NCBI GenBank assembly: GCA_028826165.1
Contig: JAPDFW010000070.1
Span: 124,001 to 188,000, forward strand
Reading direction: 5' to 3'
DNA from: Anaeramoeba ignava BMAN
Lineage: Eukaryota; Protista; Anaeramoebae
DNA length: 64,000 nucleotides
Shown here: positions 1-12,429 of the stretch, piece after piece
How the letters are laid out: each line of letters starts with the position of its first letter
Numbering within the stretch: position 1 is the first letter of the stretch
Notes under the pieces: generated by a model
Seen by the model: the letters and a program-made list of their open reading frames with translations, nothing else
What the model was told of the DNA's origin: nothing
The model's database searches: none
Made by a program: the position numbers and the translations under genes

Positions 1-870
1 TTAAAAATATAATTTATTAAAATAATAATTTAATGTTTTAGATTTAAATATTTTATTATTTAAATATTTAACATAAAATATAAAAATAAGAATTGATTTA
101 ATTTAATATTTAATTTATAAATCAATTTAAAAACAATTTATAAATAATTTTATTATTAAAATAATAATTTATTGTTTTAGATTTAAATATTTTATTATTT
201 AAATATTTAACATAAAATATAAAAATGAAATAGATTTAATTTAATATTTAATTTATAAATCAATTTAAACAATTTTATTATTAAAATAATAATTTAATGT
301 TTTAGATTTAAATATTTTATTATTTAAATATTTAACATAAATATAAAAATAAGAATAGATTTAATTTAATATTTAATTTATAAATCATTTTAAAATATAA
401 TTTAATAATTTTATTATTAAAATAATAATTTAATGTTTTAGATTTAAATATTTTATTATTTAAATATTTAACATAAAAATATAAAAATGAAAATAGATTT
501 AATTTAATATTTAATTTATAAATCAATTTAAAAATATAATTTAATAAATTTTATTATTAAAATAATAATTTAATGTTTTAGATTTAAATATTTTATTATT
601 TAAATATTTAACATAAAAATATAAAATGAAATAGATTTAATTTAATATTTAATTTATAAATCATTTAAAATATAATTTAAATAATTTTATTATTAAAATA
701 ATAATTTATTGTTTTAGATTTAAATATTTTATTATTTAAATATTTAACATAAAAATATAAAAAATGGAAATAGATTTAATTTAATATTTAATTTATAAAT
801 CAATTTAAAAATATAATTTATAAATGAATTTTATTATTAAAATAATAATTTATTGTTTTAGATTTAAATA
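1..870. repeat. AT-rich tandem repeat, unit about 125-145 bp, about 6.5 copies
   Basis: The anchor TTTAGATTTAAATATTTT recurs at about 37, 176, 301, 437, 577, 713 and 857; the array runs off the window start. Confidence 0.9.
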
Positions 871-928
871 TTTTAAAATAAAAATTTTTTTCATTTTTTT
901 CATTTTTTTTCATTTTTTTTTGATAAAA

Positions 929-2437
929 ATGATTAATTATGCAAATTTAGAAAAACTTTCAAATAATTTAAAAAATTTATTTATAAACGAAAACCAAGAA
1001 GAAAATTATTTCGATTTTGAAATAATTTGCCAACAAACTCAGAAAAAAAAACCATTTTCATTTAAAACTCATAAATCAATTCTTTCATCAAGAAGTCAAT
1101 ATTTTAAATCACTTTTCAATTCCAAAATGAAAGAATATCAAGAAAATAAATTGGTTCTTCAAGATTTTTCAACTTCAATTATAGCACTCATTTTAAAATA
1201 TCTTTATTCAGGAAAAATTGAAATTAATTTAGGAAATGCAATTGAAATTTTAATTTTTTCATCGAAATATTTAATTGAAGAATTAATTGAAATTAGTTCA
1301 AAGTTTATCAAAAATAATTTACAAATGGAAACTGTTGTTGATGTTCTTGAACTATCTGATTCAATGAATCTAAAGGAGTTGTTTGATTTTTCGTATCAAT
1401 TCATTTTGGAAAATTTCGAAAAATTGATGAAAACTGCGTTTTTTCTTGAACTTGAAGAAGATCGTTTGAATTCCATTTTATCAAATGATCGAATTTCAAT
1501 AAATCAATTTGAATTATTCCAATCAATAATAAAATGGGGGAAACACAAATCAAATATTAATCAAGAAAAAGAAATGGGAAAAGAAGAAAAAGAGCAATTA
1601 CAAAACCAAATCTCAGATATTATTCACAAAATCAGATTTATCGATTTTTCGAAAAAAGAACTTGAAAATTCTTTGAAAGAAGATTTAATTCCAAATCAAA
1701 TTTCACAAAAATTGATCCAATTCCAAAATCTCCAAAGCAATTATCAGAAAAATCAAAAAGAATTAAAAGAACTTATTGAACAAGAAAATTTAAATTTAAA
1801 TTTAAATTCGAATTTGAATTCCTTCATTTTCAAATCAAAAATTGAACTTCGAACCAAATCATCAATAATTCAAGAACAAGAACATTTTGAAAAGTTAAAA
1901 GAATGGATAAAGGATAATAATTATTTTTCCAAAATGAAATTGGGATTCTCAGCGAAAAGGGATGGATTTGGTTGTAAAAAACTACATTCAATTTGCGATA
2001 ATAAAGGAAAAACATTAGTTATTATCAAAACGGAAGATAATTTTATTTTTGGAGGATTTACTGAAGTTGGATTTACAAATGATAAATCAAAATGGAGTGG
2101 ATTTTATAGAAGAGCAGATTTTGATTGGATTATTGATTCAAATGCGTTTATTTTCTCATTAAAAAATGATAAAAACGATCGAAAAGCAGAGATGTTTCCA
2201 ATTAAAAAAAGTTTTAAAAAATATGCAGTTTATTATGATTATTCAAATTGTGGACCAACTTTTGGAGGAGGTTATGATTTTTATTTAAATCATCAATTAA
2301 AAACTGGATATTCTGATTTTGGGAATAGTTACAATCTTCCTAATGGAATTAAACAAGGAACAAAAGAAGCTAAAAGTTATTTAGCAGGTTCTTTTAATAA
2401 ATGGGTTGTTGATGAAATTGAGATTTATTTCGTTTAA
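929..2437 (+). CDS. BTB/POZ-BACK-TLDc domain protein (intronless)
   Basis: BTB motif FKTHKSILSSRSQYFKSLF...LKYLYSGKI; BACK-like ELFQSIIKW...IRF; TLDc GFSAKRDGF...CDNKGKTLVIIK...FGGFT...GPTFGGG...EIEIY. ATG at 929 (AAAAATG, after TCATTT motifs) is preferred over 824, which lies in the repeat. Confidence 0.9.
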   Translation: MINYANLEKLSNNLKNLFINENQEENYFDFEIICQQTQKKKPFSFKTHKSILSSRSQYFKSLFNSKMKEYQENKLVLQDFSTSIIALILKYLYSGKIEINLGNAIEILIFSSKYLIEELIEISSKFIKNNLQMETVVDVLELSDSMNLKELFDFSYQFILENFEKLMKTAFFLELEEDRLNSILSNDRISINQFELFQSIIKWGKHKSNINQEKEMGKEEKEQLQNQISDIIHKIRFIDFSKKELENSLKEDLIPNQISQKLIQFQNLQSNYQKNQKELKELIEQENLNLNLNSNLNSFIFKSKIELRTKSSIIQEQEHFEKLKEWIKDNNYFSKMKLGFSAKRDGFGCKKLHSICDNKGKTLVIIKTEDNFIFGGFTEVGFTNDKSKWSGFYRRADFDWIIDSNAFIFSLKNDKNDRKAEMFPIKKSFKKYAVYYDYSNCGPTFGGGYDFYLNHQLKTGYSDFGNSYNLPNGIKQGTKEAKSYLAGSFNKWVVDEIEIYFV

Positions 2438-2562
2438 AATATTTCAATATAAATTTAAAAATAAAATACTAAATTAAGGAGAACAATTTATTTATTATTA
2501 TTATTATTATTGTTATTTTTTCTCTTAAATTAAAATTTCAATCAAAAAGAGAAAAAAAAAAT

Positions 2563-5500
2563 TCAATTTGTTGAAATAGTTTGTTCTCGAGGTTCAACTT
2601 CCAAAGATTTTTTATAAAGTTCTTCTTCACTTAATTTTGGGAATTTTTCCAAGAAGTTTTGAATTTGAAGAACAGGTTGAAGATTATAACCCAGTTGTTG
2701 TAATTGTTGGATTTCAAGGATATAATCGCAAATGAGTCTTCTTTTTGAAAAATTAATCAAATTATCAATAAAATCAGGACTTCCATCTTCTGTAAATGTG
2801 AGATCTGTTAAGTAAATTCCAAGATATGGAATACAAGGAGGAACAGAATTTCTTAATGAAGTTCTGTAATTTTTATAAGAAGAATTAGAAGACATCAAAT
2901 CCAAAAGTCCGTTAAAAATTTCGTAAGATCGATAAGGGATTTCAGTCCATGTTTGCTTCAATCGATGGACAGGTGTGCTGTTGATCCCTGCAATAAGTGC
3001 CATTAATGTGTTGTAATTGTTTAATGCTTTCAAATGTTCTGCAACTCGAATAAATTTTGCTAATGTTCTTGATCTGTCTCGAACTTTAGTTGGAAGAATA
3101 ATTGCTGTTGCCACTTGTAATGCTATATCGTTGAATCTGTAGATCATTCGAAGAACATTTGGTGCTCGATGTTTAAGTTTAGGTTTATTCCATGCTTGAT
3201 TTAAGAGTTCTTTTGACTAATAAAAATAATTTTAATTTTGAATAATTTTGAATTTAAATTTAATTTTAATAAAATTAATTTTAAAATTAATATTAAATTC
3301 ATTTAAATAATAATTTTGAATAATTTTAATTTTAAAATAAATTTAAATAATATTTCTTTTCTAAATTTTTTATGAAAATATTACTTGAATTGTTGAAAAT
3401 ATGCTAAATTCTGCAAGAGTCATTTGTCGTGCAATTTCTTCTTCATCAATATCAAAAAATGTCATTTTCGGACTGAAAATATTTTTTGGTACTTTTGGTT
3501 CAGGAGGCATTTCAAGATTAGTTGCAAGTCCATCAGTATTTTTACCATCAATTTTATTTGCAATAGCATTTCTGAGATGCTTAGCAAGTGAAATATATTT
3601 ATCTTTTACAAGTGTGTTATCAACAAACAATGAGATATCATGAATTAATCTTGGATTAAAATCTGAGAAATGACTTTCAATCCATAATTTCAAAACATTT
3701 ATAACTCGTAATTGGATTGCTTTTTTTTTAGTTGTATATTCTTCTTCTGTTGTAGATTTGAGTTTTGGAACGTGATATCTGTGAATAATTTTTCAAATTA
3801 AATATTATTTTCAAATTAAATATTATTTTGAAATTAAATATAATTTTTAAATTAAATATTATTTATAAATTAAAAATTATTTTCAAATTAAATATTATTT
3901 TGAAATTAAATATTATTTTCAAATTAAATATTATTTTGAAATTAAATATTATTTTCAAATTAAATATTATTTTCAAATTAAATATTATTTTGAAATTAAA
4001 TATTATTTTCAAATTAAATATTATTTTTGAAATTAAATATTATTTTCAAATTAAATATTATTTTCAAATTAAATATTATTTTTAAATTAAATATAATTTT
4101 TAAATTAAATATTATTTTTGAAATTAAATATTATTTTTAAATTAAATATTATTTTCAAATTAAATATTATTTTTAAATTAAATATTATTTTTAAATTAAA
4201 ATTATTTTTAATTTAAATATTATTTTGAAATTAAATATTATTTTGAAATTAAATATTATTTTGAAATTAAATATTATTTTGAAATTAAATATTATTTTTG
4301 AAATTAAATATTATTTTTAAATTAAATATTATTTTAAAATTAAATATTATTTTCAAATTAAATATTATTTTTCAAATTAAATATTATTTTGAAATTAAAT
4401 ATTATTTCGAAATAAATATTATTTTTAAATTAAATGTTATTTTAAAATTAAATATTATTTTGAAATTAAATATTATTTTGAAATTAAATATTATTTTCAA
4501 ATTAAATATTATTTTCAAATTAAATATTATTTTTAAATTAAATATTATTTTGAAATTAAATATTATTTTCAAATTAAATATTATTTTCAAATTAAATATT
4601 ATTTTTAAATTAAATATTATTTTCAAATTAAATATTATTTTCAAATTAAATATTATTTTTAAATTAAATGTTATTTTTAAATTAAATGTTATTTTGAAAT
4701 TAAATATTATTTTTAAATTAAATATTATTTTGAAATTAAATATAATTTTTAAAATTTATTATTTTGAAGTAAATATTATTTTTAAATTAAATATTATTTT
4801 GAAATTAAATATTATTTTCAAATTAAATATTATTTTCAAATTAACCTTTCAATAAGTTTTGCTAATAAACGTTGTGGAGTTGTAAAAAGATTGATTCAAT
4901 AAGAAAAATAAAATTTAATCGAGGAAAAATAAAGAATTCAAATATTTAAACTCGCAGCTTTAATAATTTGAGCTAAAAATAATCAAATATTTAAAAAATA
5001 ATCAAATATTTAAAAAATAATTCAATTTAAAAAATAATTCAATTCAACTTACGTTCACGCTCATTATTTGATTCAGTAAAAGAAATGTTTTCTCCAGGTC
5101 GAATTGGTTCTTCCCAAAAAGGAATATTGTTTTGAGAATTTTCTTCTTCTTCTTGTTGTCTAAAAATTATCAAATAAATCAATATCAATATCAAAATCAA
5201 AAATTATAAAAATTCATTTTATAACAAAGAATATTTTACTCTTCAAAATTTTCAAGAAATTCAATACTTTGTTCATTTAACATATCAGGAAGTCCCATTT
5301 CCCAAAGTTGATTTGGAGTATTTAATCCAATTTGAAGAAGAGCTTGAAGTCTACTTTTTTTTAAATGAGATTTTGGACCTAATATCGAATAATTTTAATT
5401 TTAATTATTTTAATTATTTTAATTATTTTAATTTTAATTTTAATTTTAATTTTAATATTAATTTTAATTTTAATTTTAATTTTAATTTTAATTTTAATTT

Positions 5501-8500
5501 TAATTTGAATTTTAATTTTAATTTTATAAATGAATTTTAATTTTAATTTTAATTTTATAAATTAATTTTAATTTTAATTTTAATATTAATTTTAATTTTA
5601 ATTTTAATTTTAATTTTAATTTTATAAATTAATTTTATAAATTAATTTTAATTTTAATTTTAATTTTAATTTTAATTTTAATTTTAATTTTAATTTTATA
5701 AATTAATTTTAATTTTAATTTTAATTTTAATTTTAATTTTAATTTTAATTTTATAAATGAATTTTAATTTTAATTTTATAAATTAATTTTAATTTTAATT
5801 TTAATTTTAATTTGTTGTTTCTACATTTAATATTAGATTCTTCTTGAAGTGTTTGCATTGATTTTTTTAACCCAAGAAATTGTAAATGTTGAAGCAATAA
5901 TTCAACCATCAATTCATTTGAAAGATGATATTTAGCTTCTGTTTTATCACTCAAAAATAATTTTGAGAAGCTTTTTTTATATTTTAGAAAAAAATAAATA
6001 TAATTTTTTAAGTCATGATTAGAATAAATTTTCATCAAGTTATTTTTTAAATAATATTTTTATCAACCTTTGAACTTTAGTTAAAGGATGAGTTCTTTCA
6101 CGAAGTTCAAGAGCATCTGGATGCTTTTTCATTGCTAAAGCGAGCCATTGATGTTTTGGAATAGAAATTTCTTTTTTTTTTTTGTTTTAGAATAAATAAA
6201 AATAAATTTAAAAAATTTTTTCAAATTAATTAAATATAATTAAATAAAACCTTCTTCAATTTGTTTTTCAAAAATTTTAGCAGATTCTGTTTCTATAGAT
6301 TCTATTTTTGATTCTTCTGTAAAATTTATTTGGGAATCTTCCATTTGTTCTGTTGATTCTGCATCTTGTATTTTTGAGATTTCTGTTGATGTTTCTTCAG
6401 TTTTTGTATCTTGTATTTGTTCTTTTGAAGGTGATTTTGTTATTTTGTCTGGTTCTTGGATAATTTTATTTATAGGTTGTTCTTTTTGTTTTGGTTCTTC
6501 AATAATATTTGGTGGTTCATCAATTATTTCAAAGAAATCATCACTTGAGTCACTTGATTCTTCTTTTTTGTTTTTGTTTTTGTTTTTATTCTTTTCTTTC
6601 TGTTCTGATTCAAGTACTTCTTGTATTTCTTTTTCGATCTGTTCTTCTTTTAAAATTCTTTCTTGTTCTTCTCTTTCTTTTCTTTCTTTTTCTTCTCTTA
6701 AAAATATTTCTTTTTCTTCTTTTAAAATCCTTTCTTTTTCTTCTTTTAAAATTCTTTCTCTTTCTTCTCTTTCTTTTCTTTCTTTTTCTTCTCTTATAAG
6801 TTTTTCATGTTCTTCTTTTTCTTTCCTTTCTTTTTCCTCTTTTAAAAATCTTTCTTTTTCTTTTCTTAAAATTTTTTCTTTTTCTTCTTTTAAAATTCTT
6901 TCTTTTTCTTCTTTTAAAAGTTTTTCTTTTTCTTCTCTTAAAATCCTTTCTTGTTCTTCTCTTTCTTTTCTTTCTTTTTCTTCTCTTAAAAATATTTCTT
7001 GTTCTTCTCTTATAAGCCTTTCTTTTTCTTCTCTTATAAGTCTTTCTTTTTCTTCTCTTATAAGCCGTTCTTTTTCTTCTTTTTCTTTTCTTTCTTTTTC
7101 TTTTTCTTTTTCTTTTTCTTCAATTTTCTTTTTTTTTTTTTTTTCTCAACTTTTCTTTTCTTCTCTTATAGGATCTTTCTTTTTCTTCTCTTATATGGGA
7201 TCTTTCTTTTCTTCTCTTATAAGTCGTTCTTTTTCTTCTCTTAAAATCCTTTCTCTTTCTTCTCTTTCTTTTCTTTCTTTTTCTTCTCTTTCTTTTCTTT
7301 CTTTTTCTTCTCTTATAGGATCTTTCTTTTTCTTTCTCTTTTCTTTTTCTTTCTTTCTTTCTTTCTTCTCTTTCTCTTTTTTTATTTCTCTTATAAGTCT
7401 TTCTTTTTCTTCTCTTATAAGTCGTTCTTTTTCTTCTCTTTCTTCTCTTTCTTTTTCTTCTCTTATAAGTCTTTCTTTTTCTTCTCTTAAAATCCTTTCT
7501 CTTTCTTCTCTTATAAGTCTTTCTTTTTCTTCTTTTAAAATCTTTTCTCTTTCTTCTCTTTCTTTTCTTTCTTTTTCTTCTCTTTCCTTCCTTTCTTTTT
7601 CTTCTCTTATAAGTCTTTCTTTTTCTTCTCTTAAAATCCTTTCTTGTTCTTCTTTTTCTTTTCTTTCTTGTTCTTCTTTTTCTTTTCTTTCTCTTTCTTT
7701 TCTTAAAATTTTTTCCTTCATTTTTTGGATTCTTTCTTGTCTTTCTTGTTCTTCTTTTTCTTTCTTCTCTTTTTCTTCTTGTTCTTTTTGTTCTCTTTCT
7801 TTTTGTTCTCTTAATATTTTTTCCTTCATTTTTTGGATTCTTTCTTGTCTTTCTTGTTCTTGCCTTTCTTGTTCTTGTCTTTCTTTTTCTTCTTTTTCTT
7901 TCCTTTCTTGTTCTTGTCTTAAAATCCTTTCTTTTTCTTTCCTTTCTTTTTCTTGTCTTTCTTTTTCTTCTCTTTCTTTTCTTTCTTGTTTTTCTTTTTC
8001 TTTTAATTCTTCTTTTTCTTTTAATTCTCTTGCATGTCTTTCTTCTCTTTCTTTTGCTTCCCTTTGAATTCTTTCCTTCATTTCTTTAATTCTTTTTTCT
8101 CTTGTTTTTTGTTCTTTTTCTTTTTGAATTCTTTGATTTTCTTCTTTTTCTCTTTGAATTCTTTGATTTTCTTCTTTTTCTCTTTGAATTCTTTCGTTTT
8201 CTTCTTTTTCTCTTTGAATTTGAAGTTCCAATTCTTTTTGTTTTAAAATTTGCTCTTGAAGTTCGAGTTCTTCTCTTTTTTTTCTTTCTTCTCTTTCCCT
8301 TGCCTCTGCTTCAATCCTTACACGCATTTCCTGTATTTTCTTTTCTCTTTCCAAACGTTCATTGTCTTCATTTTGTTGGTTTAAATAGATTTTATTATCA
8401 TCTTTTTCATTTTCTTCTTTCATTTTTTGTTGTTGACGTTTTTGTCTTTCCAAACGCTCTTGTTCCTGAGGCTTTAATCTCCTGATCGGGTTTTGGAAGT

Positions 8501-8828
8501 TTGTAGCAACTGGCCTTGTGAAACCCTTTAACGGTTTCGCTTTGTTTGTTTTCATTACTTTTGACGTCAATTTACTGTCTTTATAATCTTCATTTTGATC
8601 GTCTTTTTCTTCTTTTTCATCGTCTTCTGATGAGTTTTTATTAGAACTGATCTTTCCTTTCTTTTCAAGTGTATCAAGTATTCGCGATTGCCTGATTCGG
8701 AAGTTCTTTAAGAAGTCATGCGCACGACGAACTTCTTTAACTTCTGTTTTTTGATTTCCGTTTTCATTTACGTTTATTTCTAGTTTTAATGATTTTATGG
8801 GTTGATTTTGTTTTGATGAATCGCTCAT
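2563..8828 (-). CDS. Aimless/GefA-like RasGEF (charged coiled coil, LisH, RasGEF-N, CDC25 domain), multi-exon
   Basis: CDC25 motifs EEEIARQMTL, LNNYNTLMALIAG, PPCIPYLGIYLTDLTF, INFSKRR; REM motif FTTPQRLLAKLIER...IQLRVINVLKLW; LisH ELLLQHLQFLGLKKSMQTLQEES. GT-AG introns traced (e.g. 6250-6171, 4846-3779). Garbled patches with stops at about 7130-7200 and 4890-4945 are probably assembly errors. Confidence 0.88.
3781..4845. repeat. Intronic 18-bp minisatellite (TTCAAATTAAATATTATT)n in the RasGEF gene
   Basis: Directly visible tandem units bounded by a minus-strand GT donor and AG acceptor; source of the spurious KLNIIF ORFs. Confidence 0.9.
5390..5815. repeat. Intronic (TTTTAA)n microsatellite
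   Basis: Hexamer array between the RasGEF LisH exon and the next exon. Confidence 0.9.
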
Positions 8829-8966
8829 TTTTTGTGTTTTGAGTTTTTGGGTAAAATGAATGGAATTTTAATTTAAATTTAGAAGTAAGAAAAAAAGCAA
8901 AAAAAAAATGAAAAAAAAAATTTAAAAAAAATTTTTTCATTTTTTTTCTTTTTTTTAAAAACAAAA
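8829..8966. promoter_or_regulatory. Compact divergent promoter between RasGEF and the LMBD1-like gene
   Basis: 138 bp between head-to-head ATGs (8828 minus, 8967 plus), with a TCATTTT motif on each strand. Confidence 0.55.
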
Positions 8967-11900
8967 ATGACAGCTGTTTGGTTATTACATGTTCTTTTCT
9001 CTTTATTTTCTTTTGGTTTAGTTTGGTTTATTATTCGATATTATTCTGATAAATTAGAAACAGAAAATTTACAAAAAGTTATTTCAATATTTGGACTTTT
9101 TGTAATTCAAATTGTAAGTGATTTAAATTTAATTTTAATTTTAATTATAATTTTAATTTTAATTATAATATTAATTTCAATTTTAATTATAATTTTAATT
9201 TAAATTTTAATTTTATAAAATAAGATTCTTTGGGCAATTCCAATTGATATTTATTATGGAAATATTTCAGAAAAATCAACAATGGCTAGTTTTTATTATG
9301 GTTTTTTTGTTATTATTTTCTTCATAATTTTCCTTTTTCTTCCAATGGGATTTTTTTATTATAATGATATAAATTTAAACAAGAAAGACAGAATTATTAA
9401 AGCTTTAAAATTATCTTTATTTATTTCAATAATTGGTTTAATTGTTTTTATTATTGGTTTTTGGATGAATCGAAAAAATCCTGATGTAGATCCTTGGATG
9501 AAAGAAATATTTACACAAAGAAGTCGTATAAAATTATTTATTAAATTTATTTATAAAATTATTAATAAAATTATTTATTAAATTTATTAATAAAATTATT
9601 TATTAAATTATTTATAAAATTATTTATAAAATTATTTATTAAATTATTTATAAAATTAATTATTAAATTATTTATTAAATTAATTATTAAATTAATTATT
9701 AAATTATTTATTAAATTATTTATAAAATTATTTATAAAATTAAATTTTATTTATAAAATTATTATAAAATTTTCTTAAAATTATTTTTTTATTATAAAAT
9801 GATTTATAAAAATTTAAAAAAGAAATATAAAATTATTTATAAAAATTTTTAAAATTATTATTAATTTATTTTCAATAATTAATTATTAAATTATTTATAT
9901 TATTTTTTTGGATGAATTCGAAAATTATTTATGTAGAAATTGGATATAAAATTATTTATGAAATTATATATAAAATTAAATATTAAATTATTATTAAATT
10001 ATTTATAAAATTATTTATTAAATTATTAATAAAATTATTTATAAAATTAATTAATAAAATTAAATATTAAATTATTAATAAAATTATTTATAAAATTATT
10101 TATTAAAATTATTTATTAAATTATTTATAAAATTATTTATTAAATTAAATATAAAATTATTTATAAAATTATTTATAAAATTATTTATAAAATTATTTAT
10201 AAAATTATTAATAAAATTATTTATTAAATTATTAATAAAATTAATTATTAAATTAATTATAAAATTATTTATAAAATTATTTATAAATATAAAATTATTT
10301 ATTAAATTATTTATAAAAATTATTAATAAAATTATTTATAAAATTAGTATAAAATTATTTATAAAATTAAATATTAAATTATTTATAAAATTATTTATAA
10401 AATTAAATATTAAATTATTTATAAAATTATTTATAAAATTAAATATTAAATTATTTATAAAATTATTTATAAAATTATTTATAAATTTATTTATAAAATT
10501 ATTAATAAAATTATTTATAAAATTATTTATAAAATTAAATATTAAAATTATATATAAAATTAAATATTAAAATTATTTATAAAATTATTTATAAAATTAT
10601 TTATAAAAATTAAATATAAAATTATTTATTAAATTAAATATAAAATTAATTATAAAATTATTTATAAAATTATTTATTAAATTAATTATAAAATTATTTA
10701 TAAAATTATTTATAAAATTAAATATAAAATTATTTATAAAATTATTTATAAAATTATTTATAAAATTATTTATAAAATTAATTATTAAATTATTTATAAA
10801 ATTATTTATAAAATTATTTATTAAATTATTTATAAAATTATTTATTAAATTAAATATTAAATTATAAATTTAATAGCTGTTCATTTTGCAGCTGAATTTT
10901 TAATTGGAGTTTTAGCTATTTTTGGAATCATTCAATTTTTAAAATACACAATTTATGGGTTATCAATGCTCCCAATTTCTTTAATTAAAGGAAAACAAGA
11001 TATTACAATTGAAAATTCACAAATAGAATCTCAAATTGTGATTGCAAGGGAAAAAAGAAGAATTATTGAAACAAAATATTATGCTTTAGATACTCCAGTC
11101 ACAAAAAGAGATCAAAAGGAAATTGAATCATTAAAAAGAAAAGAAAGAAATTTAGAAAGAGCAAAAAACAAAATTAACGAAGACCAACAAAAATTTTTAT
11201 CAAAAGTTATCAGATTTTGCAATCCAATGAGAAAATTTTTTGGATTTGTTTTTCTTTTATTTTCTTTATTTTTAGTCATTTCAGTACTTTTATCTTTGAT
11301 TTATAAAATAACAAGTTCTAGTTGTGGTTCAAATTGTGGTTTTATTTTAAATGGTCCAACAAAAAATCCATTTGATCTATTAATGGTTAATTTATCGAAA
11401 GTATATTTAATTATTATTATTATTATTTTAAATTTTTATTTTAAATTATTAATTATAATTATTAATTAATTTTTAGGCTTTTCCTTTAGATTATTTTGTT
11501 TTTGTTGCTATTATAGTTTATTTTATAATTATTTCTCTTTCAGGAATGGCAAAAATTGGATTAAGATTTTTATGGGTTGAGGTTGTTATTTCGAATCACT
11601 ATTTAAATTCAATTTTAAATTCTAAATTCAAATTCAATTTTAAATTCAATTTTAATTTTAATTTTAATTTTAATTTTAATTTTAATTTCAAATTCAATTT
11701 TAAATTCAAATTCAATTTTAAATTTAAATTCAATTTTAAATTTAAATTCAATTTTAAATTCTAAATTCAAATTCAATTTTAAATTCAATTTTAAATTCAA
11801 TTTTAATTTTAATTTTAAATTCAAAAATATAAGATTTCTCGTCTTCGTAAAAAGTCTACAGTTCCAGAAATTTTAATACTCATGATAGCAACATTAATAT

Positions 11901-12178
11901 TAATTGGAATTACAATGATTTTTGAATTTTTCTATTTTGCACCACAATGGGCAACATTTGGTTCACAAAAAAATGAAAAAGGAGAACTTTGTTCAATAAC
12001 AGATATTCCTAATTGTAAAATAAGTGGAATTGCTATATTTGTTTATCGAATTTTATCAAATTCTTTTTTTTCTGTTTGGATTTGGATTTCTAATTTGATT
12101 TTTGTCGTTCTTTATACATTAATATTAGTTATTTCTTTAAAAAAACCAGCAAGTTCAAATTTTGAATATGATGATTAA
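8967..12178 (+). CDS. LMBRD1: LMBR1-family membrane protein, LMBD1-like (lysosomal cobalamin export escort), 5 exons
   Basis: Spliced product contains PIDI, FLPMGFFYY, YGLSMLPISLIKG, a coiled loop, CGSNCGFIL...NPFDLL, FPLDY, GLRFLWV and FAPQWATFGSQ, typical of LMBD1. Confidence 0.82.
9530..10870. repeat. Intronic (ATTATTTATAAA)n-type repeat, about 1.3 kb
   Basis: Nearly pure A/T 12-mer array inside intron 2 of the LMBD1-like gene. Confidence 0.85.
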
Positions 12179-12429
12179 AATAAAATAATTAAAATAAGAT
12201 TTAAAATAAGATTTAAAATATATTTAAAATATGATTTAAAAGAAGAATGATTTAAATAATCCAAATAAATTTATTCCTTTTTTATTTTCCTTTTTTTTTA
12301 TTTGGTTAATTAAATAAAAACAAAAAAAAATTTAATAACTTTTTATCAAAATTAGTCATTTTAATTTTTTTTTTAATTTTTTTTTAATTTTTTTTTTTCA
12401 TTTTTTTTTTTCTTAATTATAAAAAAAAA

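Noticed and set aside
3828-4855. ORFs of KLNIIF repeats, and similar ILILIL, KSKSKS, FNFNFN ORFs elsewhere (e.g. 23043, 33228, 51876, 55912, 57755)
   Set aside because: Stop-free frames of intronic simple repeats lying inside GT-AG introns of identifiable genes.
7130-7200. In-frame TAA/TGA in RasGEF exon 1 (also TGA near 4940) as stop-codon reassignment or readthrough
   Set aside because: The stops fall in locally scrambled sequence with compensating indels; all other genes read through with the standard code and end at TAA, TAG or TGA.
6445-8067. 540-aa Ser/Phe/Leu-rich plus-strand ORF
   Set aside because: Antisense shadow of the E/K/R-rich RasGEF coiled-coil exon.
9770-9960. Ghost copy of LMBD1 exon 2 within the intron repeat (similar ghost of 7TM exon 3 at about 59700-59900)
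   Set aside because: Looks like a consensus blend of exon and repeat reads from polishing; no intact frame or splice sites.
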